Positions 24,560 to 32,000 of a stretch of DNA of 32,000 bases are shown piece by piece; positions within the stretch are counted from its first letter, which is position 1; every line of letters starts with the position of its first letter. The DNA is taken from contig NC_010632.1 in NCBI RefSeq assembly GCF_000020025.1, positions 222,919 through 254,918 on the forward strand, read 5' to 3'. The notes below the pieces were generated by a model, which was given only the letters and a program-made list of their open reading frames with translations, made no database searches and was not told the origin of the DNA. The position numbers were made by a program, and so were the translations under genes. Origin of the DNA: Nostoc punctiforme PCC 73102. Lineage in GTDB: Bacteria; Cyanobacteriota; Cyanobacteriia; Cyanobacteriales; Nostocaceae.

Positions 24560-25396
24560 TTATCTCGGCTTGCGTCCGAAGACGTAAAAAATAGTGAGAT
24601 CGTTCCAAATTCCTTGTTCAGTTTGCAGTGCCGACAAGGAAGCATCAAATTCTACTTTAGCCTGTGCCAATTGTTCAGGTGTGAGTTGCAATAAGGGATT
24701 AGGATACTGTCCGGGTACAGGAGATGAGGCATTACCTATCCACATTCCCTTTGCTTTCTCTAAACTGATGTAACTGCCATCAAGCTCTGATTTAATTTCG
24801 ATTTCTGAAAAACCTGCAAGTTGGAGCATTTTCTGGCATTTTTCAACTGTTCCAGTTGGCTTGCTAAACAACAAGGAAACGCCATACTTTTCAAGTACCC
24901 TCTGTGCTACGACCCCTTCGATAAAAGCGGTGTCTGCAAAAGCATGAAAGCCAAGTAAACCTTTTGGTTTAAGAAGCCCATACCATAGTCGCAACGCGCC
25001 CACTAGATCAGACATCCAAATCAACGCAGATGAACAGAAGATGTAATCAAAACTGTTCAATGGAAAATCCAAGGCTTCAGCGTCTGCAAGTTGGAACTCA
25101 ACGTTACTCAACCCTAATGCGGCAACTTTTCGTCTAGCCTGTTCGAGCATCCCAGTCGAAATATCGACTCCAATTACTCGACCCTCAGCCCCCACAATTT
25201 GAGCTGCTTCAAGTGCCACCATGCCTGTTCCAGTTGCAATATCTAAAACCTGCTGTCCAGGACGAATATGTGCATATTCAACTAAACGGTGAGCAATGCG
25301 AGGATGCCAGTCACCGTTATCGTAAGTAGAACTCCGGCGGCTATATAAATCTGCTATCTGCTGCTTGTATTCACTTAGTTCTACTTGGTGGCTCAC
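24560..25396 (-). CDS. Class I SAM-dependent methyltransferase (Methyltransf_11/25-like, small-molecule type)
   Basis: VLDIATGTGMVALEAA (motif I), VIGVDIS (motif II), FDYIFCSSAL, LKPKGLLGF. Confidence 0.85.
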   Translation of the reverse strand: MSHQVELSEYKQQIADLYSRRSSTYDNGDWHPRIAHRLVEYAHIRPGQQVLDIATGTGMVALEAAQIVGAEGRVIGVDISTGMLEQARRKVAALGLSNVEFQLADAEALDFPLNSFDYIFCSSALIWMSDLVGALRLWYGLLKPKGLLGFHAFADTAFIEGVVAQRVLEKYGVSLLFSKPTGTVEKCQKMLQLAGFSEIEIKSELDGSYISLEKAKGMWIGNASSPVPGQYPNPLLQLTPEQLAQAKVEFDASLSALQTEQGIWNDLTIFYVFGRKPR

Positions 25397-25453
25397 TGCG
25401 TTTTCCTGACTCCTTAGTGACCAACTTTGACAAGTTTAAATATAGTATACAAT

Positions 25454-25821
25454 CTAAAACCCAATCCCCGAAACCGCTTTGCGCTTGAGCGCTTGAGCGT
25501 GACCTTGCTTATAACGCTGCAACATCTTAGGGTCGCTCTTACCAGAGATTTCTTGAATGGTTCTCAAAGGTATCCCCGCGCTCGACATCTGTGCTCTCGC
25601 AGTTCGCCTAAACAAATGAGTGCTGACTCCTTCTACCCCAATTCGCTTGCAGGCATCTCGTGAAATCTTGTCTACCATGAATCGGATCAAGCGTTCAGTC
25701 GCACCGCGCATACCTGGAAACATTGCAGAATTTTGGGTTGGTACTCGGTAAGTATTGCGGCTAGCCCTGGTGGGATGTCCACAATCCGGGTTTTATGCTT
25801 GCTTTTGGTGGTAGACTTTCT
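25454..25821 (-). pseudogene. Tyrosine recombinase (phage-integrase family) 3' remnant, N-terminally truncated and frameshifted
   Basis: The 25454-25723 ORF has STHLFRRTARAQMSSAGIPLRTIQEISGKSDPKMLQRY (HxxR ... Y). Upstream, in another frame after a TAG (25822-25824), it reads RKSTTKSKHKTRIVDIPPGLAAILTEYQPKILQ. The two parts need a 1-nt shift near 25723-25730. No N-terminal domain is present. Confidence 0.7.
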
Positions 25822-26074
25822 CTAATTAATAGCGCCAGATTTGATATCAATCGTCTGGAGTGCTAGTGCTTCTGATACGTGATAACCAGTGAAAAGGCGA
25901 ATCCTTGTACAGAGTAGGATGTTATAACTCCCCATGCCCAGGCGAGGCGATCGCGGGGAGTAAGAAACCTTTCAGTAATAATCACTTCAATTCGTCTTAG
26001 ATTATTAATATCTTGCCTTGTCCGTTTTGGCACGGTGATGCTAAATACGCTAAATATACAGTTAACTTAGCCCA

Positions 26075-26807
26075 ATGCTCGATTACGTCAGTGCAGCAAT
26101 GGCATTCTATATCACAATGCTTCCAGTACAGGAGTGGATATTGGAATTCCGCCTTGGTTATCTGGGTCGCTACTGGAGCCTGATAAACACTGCTGGCTTA
26201 CTCATTGGCTTCTTTCTGTGTGCGCTGATATTTGTGCCATTAATTATCAGCATGAGGCTAGATCCGTTCAGATACCCAGATCATATTGTGATGAGTGCGA
26301 TCGCGTCTGTCATTTTTGGCGCGATACTTTGGCTGGGACAGTGGCTGATACTGCGACAGACTGAGATAACCCCCAGAATTTTCGCTCTGATCAATACAGT
26401 AGTTGGAATTTCTGTCTATTCTTTGCTGGTGTGGTTCAATCAGAAAAGTTTGGAGTGGTGGCCCTATCCAAGGCTGGAAAACTGGACTGATTTTTCTAGT
26501 CGGTGGTACAGTCACTGGAGCTGCGACGGGCAAGGCTTTGGATTTCTACTGTTGGCGAATCGAGCAGCGATTAATCAGAATTGAGAAAGAGAGGGTAGAC
26601 CAAGAAACCCAAGAAAGAGAAAGGCTGGCACGAGAAAGGGTGGAGAAGGAAAAGTTAGAGCAAGAAGCAATAGAAGCAGAAATCGCCGAAAGGAAAAGAA
26701 TACAGAGGGAAGAGGCTCAAGAAGAAGAACGCCTGTGGTATGAGCAGCATGGGAAGGATTATGCTGATTATGCGGATTATGAGGATGAGGAGGAAGAGGA
26801 TGAATAA
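26075..26807 (+). pseudogene. Multi-TM protein with a coiled-coil, acidic C-terminus, apparently frameshifted (two overlapping ORFs, 26075-26584 and 26403-26807)
   Basis: Frame A gives 4 TM-like segments up to ...SLLVWFNQKSLEWW. Frame B continues plausibly from GPIQGWKTGLIFLVGGTVTGAATGKAL (TM) into EKERVDQETQERERLARERVEKEKLEQEA...YEDEEEEDE. After ~26470 frame A reads as non-protein-like sequence. Two overlapping genes or a sequencing error cannot be excluded. Confidence 0.45.
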
Positions 26808-26986
26808 CTTTGTGCTGACATGAATGACCGTAACCGTTCGCTGATAAATTAGCTCTCACATCGCCTTGCACAGTGTAGCTCAGTAGTGCCTTTTCAGCTT
26901 TGCTTTCACATGTGATTAAAATGGGTTGTAAATATAGATAAAATATTATTAATCACTTCAAATTAATTTCAAATAAACTAAATTGA

Positions 26987-27874
26987 ATGACTCGATTTGT
27001 ACATGACGAATTTGCCAAAGATTATTTAGAAGAACTGTTAAAACCTTATGGAGAAGTAAAGTCATCATCAAAAATATCAGGAGAGATCAAAGAAATTGAT
27101 GTGCTATTTACTCCATCAGTACAGCAAACCTCTAATTTAGAGGTGCTAGGGCTGCTGGGAAGATTTGCCGAATTTCCGGCAATATTAGAACCATTTCGCA
27201 ATGCCGCTTCTGGTGATGAAATTTGTGATTGTATTCAAAAATTATTAGAAGTAAAAGCTCTCTTACGACGAGATGCTAAAGCCAATAAAACCAGACTCCA
27301 GGAGTTAGATATTCCGAAACTATGGGTTCTTAGTCCAACTGCATCCCCAGCAATACTATCGAGCTTTAATGTTAATCAGAAATCGGGGTGGTTGCCAGGA
27401 GTATACTTTTTAGGTGATGCTCTACGGACAGCAATTGTAGCTATACATCAACTACCGCAAACACCAGAAACGTTGTGGCTAAGAATTCTTGGCAGAGGGA
27501 GCGTGCAGTCACAGGCGATTGTGGTGGAATTATCAAGGCTACCATTGAATCACCCATACAAGCAAGCAGCGCTAGAATTAGTTTACAACCTGCGCCAGAA
27601 TTTAAGAATCAATCAAAATTTAGAATCAGATGACAGAGAGTTAATTATGCGATTAGAACCACTTTATCAGCAAGACCGCGAAAGAGCAAAACTTGAAGGA
27701 CAACAAGATTTAATTATACGTCTAATAAATCGCCGTTTTGGTGAAATTGATGCAGCGTTGATTGAACGAATTCGAGAATTATCTATTGAGCAATTGGAGG
27801 GGTTAGTAGAGGCGTTATTAGATTTTTCTGTAGTGGCGGATTTAGAAGTTTGGTTAAACCAGCAAGCAGGATAA
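26987..27874 (+). CDS. DUF4351-type protein (Rpn/YhgA-like PD-(D/E)xK putative nuclease/transposase family, common in cyanobacteria)
   Basis: The N-terminus FVHDEFAKDYLEELLKPYGEVKSSSKISGEIKEIDVLFTP and the C-terminus LINRRFGEIDAALIERIRELSIEQLEGLVEALLDFSVVADLEVWL match my memory of this family. Confidence 0.65.
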   Translation: MTRFVHDEFAKDYLEELLKPYGEVKSSSKISGEIKEIDVLFTPSVQQTSNLEVLGLLGRFAEFPAILEPFRNAASGDEICDCIQKLLEVKALLRRDAKANKTRLQELDIPKLWVLSPTASPAILSSFNVNQKSGWLPGVYFLGDALRTAIVAIHQLPQTPETLWLRILGRGSVQSQAIVVELSRLPLNHPYKQAALELVYNLRQNLRINQNLESDDRELIMRLEPLYQQDRERAKLEGQQDLIIRLINRRFGEIDAALIERIRELSIEQLEGLVEALLDFSVVADLEVWLNQQAG

Positions 27875-27954
27875 CAACATGAACCAGGTATCCATTCCAT
27901 AGAGCATGGTAGTATTTGGGAGTGTAAATCGAGGCATTTAAGATAGCAATAAAA

Positions 27955-28164
27955 GTGTTTCCATCATCATTTTATTGCGACTGTGGACATGAATTGTATT
28001 TCTTTGAGAATACCGTTAGGGAGATGGAAAAAATGAGCATCCATAAACGAGTAATTTTAGGAGATGGAGGAGATAACAAACACACAATTGTTTTTTTCAA
28101 TGGCTTGGCGACAGAAATTATTTGCCCCATACTTAGAACTTGCACAATAACAGACGAAAAGTAA
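27955..28164 (+). CDS. Small hypothetical ORF (GTG start)
   Basis: ORF only, with no motif beyond a CDCGHE cysteine/histidine cluster. Confidence 0.25.
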   Translation: MFPSSFYCDCGHELYFFENTVREMEKMSIHKRVILGDGGDNKHTIVFFNGLATEIICPILRTCTITDEK

Positions 28165-28247
28165 CAGTTTTGATGGGATAGCCTACCACTCTGACCTACA
28201 CAGCGAATAGCCAATCGCACACCACAGAGGTACAACTGCCCTAAAAG

Positions 28248-28742
28248 TTAACCCAGAGAATAGCCACTGCCCCAGGTATCCGTTTCAGGTTTGCCCAAAG
28301 TCTGCAATGGCTCCGGCTGAAAGTTCTGATCAACGTAGCTCAAATCCGCATTATCCGCCATCGGCAGCAGCGCAATGTTAGCTTATGTGGCGACGTGTTG
28401 ACTTCTGAGAAATCCTCCAAGAATTGTGGAGCCATTGACATCCCCCACTCTCTGACCCAAATGTGACGGTCAATAGTTTCCCGGAGGCGTGCCAACATCT
28501 GACGCACGGAGTTAACCGGCTGCACACCCTGAAAAATCCCCTAAACACCATCAAAATGTCCTCGAATGTTGATAGATACCCCAGTTTCAAGACTTGGGGA
28601 GGCAATAACCAAATCATACTGGGTAAGAATTTCGTTCAAGTGAGCGATACAACCAAAAGCCGTATGAGATGGATCAGCAACAGATTCGCTGTCAATCCGC
28701 AGGATTCGCAGGTGAGGGAACTTGCGACAAAAGCTACTATTG
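28248..28742 (-). pseudogene. Degenerate gene remnant of unassigned family (in-frame stop plus frameshift)
   Basis: One minus-strand frame reads ...HLRILRIDSESVADPSHTAFGCIAHLNEILTQYDLVIASPSLETGVSINIRGHFDGV, then TAG (28541-28543), then GIFQGVQPVNSVRQMLARLRETIDRHIWVREWGMSMAPQFLEDFSEVN.... A shift near 28370 continues it as LLPMADNADLSYVDQNFQPEPLQTLGKPETDTWGSGYSLG* (stop 28250-28248). The 5' end is overlapped by the neighbouring gene. Confidence 0.35.
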
Positions 28743-29246
28743 CTATTTATTCGGTAACTTGATATGCAATAATTCTCTAAATTCATTGGCTTCTTCTTCA
28801 CTAATAAAAGCCCGTTTAGGAAACATATTTAAGCAGTTGCGAGATTGGTAAACAGTAAATAAATTTGGAGTTTCTCGCCAGGACGTATAACCAGACCATT
28901 GCATTTTTAATTCGGATAAAGGGGTAGTAATTTTTAATCCTTCGTCAGTTGTCTCCACACTGATTTCATTTCTCAAATTAGGTTGACTATCCCAAGTATG
29001 CTTAATCAAAAAATGCCGAATGATATGAGTAGCAAAATATGCAATAGCTACTCCGAACAAATTAGGTAAAATCGCACTTAATAAGATTTCTTGAAAAGAA
29101 ACATTCCCTTGTAATAATAAGGGAACTAGAGATATTAATACTAAAACTCCAGCCAAAATTAAGTAATATTTCAGTATTCTTGTTTTTGCATGAACTTGAT
29201 TCGCTTCTTTGAAGTCGTTTAGATTGAGACGGTATTCAAATTTCAT
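28743..29246 (-). CDS. YcxB-like membrane protein (two TM helices plus a C-terminal bPH-like domain)
   Basis: YYLILAGVLVLISLVPLLL and LLSAILPNLFGVAIAYFATHII are TM segments. The tail W..Y..W.ETPNLFTVYQSRNCLNMFPKRAFISEEEANEFRELL fits the YcxB pattern from memory. Confidence 0.6.
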   Translation of the reverse strand: MKFEYRLNLNDFKEANQVHAKTRILKYYLILAGVLVLISLVPLLLQGNVSFQEILLSAILPNLFGVAIAYFATHIIRHFLIKHTWDSQPNLRNEISVETTDEGLKITTPLSELKMQWSGYTSWRETPNLFTVYQSRNCLNMFPKRAFISEEEANEFRELLHIKLPNK

Positions 29247-29514
29247 AGTCTACTCCTCACTTTTTTTTGACTAAGGTAAAGTTGTAGCACTGTTATATGT
29301 AAGATTATAAACCGTTTTTTATACAAGCTTCTGAGAAATTCAAGTATTAATTATTACCGTTAGTCTAATTTTAATTACAGTGCAAAAGTCTTGTTATCTT
29401 CTAATGCTTTGATTGACCCATTGGCTAAACGATATAGCAAGAAATAGGTTAATTTTGTTTGGTTACTTATGCAGCTAGGATTAGAGAAAGATTAATGAAT
29501 GCAGGAGCAATTAG

Positions 29515-29815
29515 ATGGGATTTACCAGAAGCCGGAGGTCAGTACTGCTCCTACTGCTTGGGGGGTTTATTCCCTTCCTGATATTGGGAGACTTAGCAGA
29601 GGATGTCTGGAAACAAGGTGGATTTCCCTTCGATGTTCCCCTATTATTAACTATTCACAGCACTGCCCAACCGAAACTAGATGTATTTGTCTCATACTTG
29701 ACAAAGCTTGGAGTGTTTTGGGGGGTATTCCCAGCAGTAGTAATGATTTCACTGCTGTTGCTGATTCGACAAAAGTGGCGTGCTTTAGAATTCTTACTCA
29801 CAGCCTCGGTTGGCA
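29515..29815 (+). pseudogene. 5' fragment of a PAP2-family (phosphatidic acid phosphatase type 2) membrane phosphatase gene
   Basis: LLLLLGGFIPFLILGDLAEDVWKQGGFPFDVPLLLTIHS...LGVFWGVFPAVVMISLLLLIRQKWRALEFLLTASVG is the typical N-terminal half. The catalytic KxxxxxxRP/PSGH/SRxxxxxHxxxD motifs are absent. From ~29815 the frame turns non-protein-like, and the next gene starts at 29810. Confidence 0.55.
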
Positions 29816-30253
29816 ATGAACAATCAACTCAAATCTCGTCAATTGAGCATAGTGCTGACATTATTCACGGTATTCATGTTAGGCAGTTGTGGAAAGAAAC
29901 TGGAAGAATCTACTAGCACTACGCCTCAAACACCAACTGCGATTGCTCCGGCTAGTCCTGCATTTATTCCTAGCTCTAGTCCTATCCCTGGTGGAAATAC
30001 AACTTCTAGCTCTAATAAGCCAGCATCTGCGAATAAAGCAACAGTTTTAGCCGCAGCACAAAATCTTGGAGTAAAGCCGCAAAGTGAAACAACTTGCCCA
30101 AGTGATGCAGTAGTAAAAGGCAAGATTACAAGGAAGAGAGGCAACATTTATCACATTCCTAAATCCCTTGATTACGAAAAAGTCAAGCCAGATATTTGTT
30201 TTAAAGACCCAGCAACAGCACAACAGGCAGGTTTCCGTGCGCCTAAGTCATAA
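29810..30253 (+). CDS. Lipoprotein with an S/T/P-rich linker and a C-terminal sunset-like domain
   Basis: A signal peptide with the lipobox FMLGSC, a low-complexity linker, and a C-terminus CPSDAVVKGKITRKRGNIYHIPKSLDYEKVKPDICFKDPATAQQAGFRAPK. Confidence 0.7.
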   Translation: MAMNNQLKSRQLSIVLTLFTVFMLGSCGKKLEESTSTTPQTPTAIAPASPAFIPSSSPIPGGNTTSSSNKPASANKATVLAAAQNLGVKPQSETTCPSDAVVKGKITRKRGNIYHIPKSLDYEKVKPDICFKDPATAQQAGFRAPKS

Positions 30254-30584
30254 AGCAGGACTTGAACTTTCAATTATTTAGAGTTATCACTTAGTGTCAA
30301 ACCAATTCGCTGCTTTTTCCAATTAAACCCCATGCATTGTAACTAAATACCGAATAGCATTCTTCAGGCAAGCGATATCAGGGTAATGGTTTTGGTTAAC
30401 ATAGAAATTACTATATATAGACACACAAAATTGAATTCCGTGCTATTTATCTAAAGTCCTATTCTCAAATGAAAAAAATCCTTTCAAAGTTAGGTGAGCA
30501 AATTTTGGAACTACGTTATTCTCAATACTGGTAGCGAATGGGCTTTTGTTGCTCACGCTACTATCTTGGTGAATTATTACATTA

Positions 30585-31595
30585 ATGCTTGAACATAATA
30601 TTATCGTCATTGGAACATCAGCAGGTGGAGTTGAAGCACTGACCTATTTAGTCAAGCATTTGCCGCCCGATCTCAAAGCTGCTGTAATTATCGTTCTTCA
30701 TGTATCTAATCATGGCACAAGTGTTCTACCAAAAATATTAAGTCGCGCTGGCAACTTGCCAGCGTCTCACGCTCAGGACGGCGAAGCTATTATTCATGGT
30801 CGGATTTATATCGCTCCACCTGACTACCACTTACTGGTAGAATCGGTATATTTGCGTTTGACGCGGGGGCCAAAAGAGAATCGTCATCGTCCTGCCATTG
30901 ATACATTGTTTCGCAGTGCAGCGCGAAGTTATGGGCAGCGAGCGATCGCTGTGCTACTAACAGGTATGCTTGACGACGGCACGGCGGGATTAGTGGCTAT
31001 AAAAATGCGTGGAGGTGTGGCGATTGTCCAAAACCCTGATGATGCTTTGCATCCTGATATGCCACGTAATGCGATCGAAAATGTTTTGGATATTGACTAT
31101 ATTCAACCACTTTCAGATATTCCTTCTACTTTAGTAGCTTTAGTTAACACGCCAATGAAAGTAGAACCAGAAAATCCGATACCTGACAAGATGGAGTTTG
31201 AATCTTCAATAGTGCAATTGGATTTGGAAGCAGTAAAAAACGAAGCCGACCGACCCGGTAAACCATCAATCTTTGGGTGCCCTGACTGTGGTGGTATCCT
31301 TTGGGAACTTGAGGAGGGGAATTTGTTGCGCTTCCGATGTCGCACGGGTCATGCTTTTTCAGCAGAAACTTTACTGGCTACCCAGTCCGATAAGGTGGAG
31401 GATGCATTATGGATTGCTTTCAGGGCATTGGAAGAGAAAGCTTCTTTATCACATCGTATGGCTTTGAGAATGGAGGAACACAACCAAGCCTTGGCAGCAA
31501 AAAGATTCAAGGAACAGGCAGAGTCTGCTTGGCAGCACTCCGCCATCATTCGAGAAATACTTTTGAAGGCTGATACAAGCACAGGTGTTGATTGA
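30585..31595 (+). CDS. Stand-alone CheB-type protein-glutamate methylesterase domain protein with a C-terminal zinc-ribbon region (no receiver domain)
   Basis: IVIGTSAGGVEAL (catalytic Ser), IIVLHVS (His), VLLTGMLDDGTAG (Asp), then CPDCGGILWE...FRCRTGHAF. Confidence 0.85.
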   Translation: MLEHNIIVIGTSAGGVEALTYLVKHLPPDLKAAVIIVLHVSNHGTSVLPKILSRAGNLPASHAQDGEAIIHGRIYIAPPDYHLLVESVYLRLTRGPKENRHRPAIDTLFRSAARSYGQRAIAVLLTGMLDDGTAGLVAIKMRGGVAIVQNPDDALHPDMPRNAIENVLDIDYIQPLSDIPSTLVALVNTPMKVEPENPIPDKMEFESSIVQLDLEAVKNEADRPGKPSIFGCPDCGGILWELEEGNLLRFRCRTGHAFSAETLLATQSDKVEDALWIAFRALEEKASLSHRMALRMEEHNQALAAKRFKEQAESAWQHSAIIREILLKADTSTGVD

Positions 31596-32000
31596 AGGAG
31601 GTATCTGCGTAATTTTATCGGGTTAAATATCTGATTCAAAGCCATCGACTAAAAGTTTCAGGTTTCCGTAACCGTTATCGAAACCCGCAGTGAAAGTTTT
31701 TTGCAATTTGTGAATGTTGGACATAGGGGGTGAGTCAGTACGCTTTGATTTGTGAAAGTTATCTGTTGAGGTGAACTGTAGGGAGCAAAGAAGCAGAGGG
31801 GCAGGAGAGTAAGGGAGCAGAAGGGAAAGAGCTAAGAAATTGTATAAAATTGTCCTTTACTTCTTTCTTCTTTATTTTTTTATTTTCTTACTCCCCTGCT
31901 CTCCATCTCCTCCACCCCTTTGCCTCTTTGCTTCTCCAGTTTCAAGAGCTTATCATAACCCTTTGGGGGCTAGATGGGGTATAAAATGTCAATAGTCAAA

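Noticed and set aside
25427-25663. 78-aa + strand ORF
   Set aside because: It is antisense to the integrase remnant, which has the HxxR...Y signature.
26575-26871. 98-aa minus-strand ORF (P/H/L-rich)
   Set aside because: It is the antisense shadow of the GAA/GAG-rich region that encodes the coiled coil and acidic tail.
28463-28851. + strand ORFs 28463-28762 and 28669-28851
   Set aside because: They lie opposite the degenerate minus-strand remnant and the 3' end of the YcxB-like gene. They have no motifs, and the minus-strand reading is more protein-like.
29499-29819. 106-aa + strand ORF overlapping the PAP2 fragment in another frame
   Set aside because: The 29515 frame gives the characteristic PAP2 N-terminal membrane pattern, and this one does not.
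31103-31645. Minus-strand and alternative-frame ORFs 31103-31345, 31273-31467 and 31349-31645
   Set aside because: They overlap the CheB-type methylesterase CDS, which has the full Ser/His/Asp motif set.
31623-31724. 33-aa minus-strand ORF MSNIHKLQKTFTAGFDNGYGNLKLLVDGFESDI, resembling the N-terminal phosphate-1 motif (GxDxGxGxxK) of ParM/StbA-type actin-like proteins
   Set aside because: Only ~20 residues of resemblance, followed by a stop. It could be the stub of a second actin-like gene, but that cannot be distinguished from chance here.

Overview
The sequence is AT-biased and rich in HIP1 (I count 16 GCGATCGC octamers). It reads as part of a plasmid or mobilizable element from a filamentous (Nostocales-like) cyanobacterium. 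No rRNA, tRNA or CRISPR array was seen.

Left ~23 kb (backbone):
- A co-directional minus-strand gene string: MobV relaxase fused to a primase-like DUF3991/Toprim module, then a Ycf46-like AAA+ ATPase, then a secreted DUF192 gene split by a ~1 kb IS5/Harbinger-type IS, then a 108-aa ORF, then a ParA-like ATPase. The ParA-like gene runs off the left edge and was not in the ORF track. Its N-terminus is encoded by a 4 x 69-bp tandem repeat.
- A 1.1-kb AT-rich non-coding region with a 24-bp repeat family and hairpins (candidate oriT, centromere or operator).
- An operon of a small acidic-tailed protein plus an actin-like (ParM/Alp-like) ATPase. The ATPase gene is split by a 1.64-kb IS4-like element with a perfect 11-bp target duplication.
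- Three small orphan ORFs.
- A 1726-aa ORF whose N-terminal ~700 aa carries, colinearly, the motif set of eukaryotic-type RdRP / two-barrel RNA polymerases, including a DFDGD loop.
- A TPR protein.
- A convergent 1416-aa N6-methyltransferase + strawberry-notch-type DExH helicase.

Right ~8 kb (decayed accessory mosaic):
- Remnants: a TnpB C-terminal remnant with an end hairpin, an integrase remnant, a frameshifted membrane/coiled-coil gene, an unassigned pseudogene and a truncated PAP2 gene.
- Apparently intact genes: a SAM methyltransferase, a DUF4351/Rpn-like protein, a YcxB-like protein, a lipoprotein and a stand-alone CheB-type methylesterase.

The most interesting candidate is the giant polymerase-like ORF and its neighbourhood. 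All family assignments are motif recognition by eye and need profile or structure searches.
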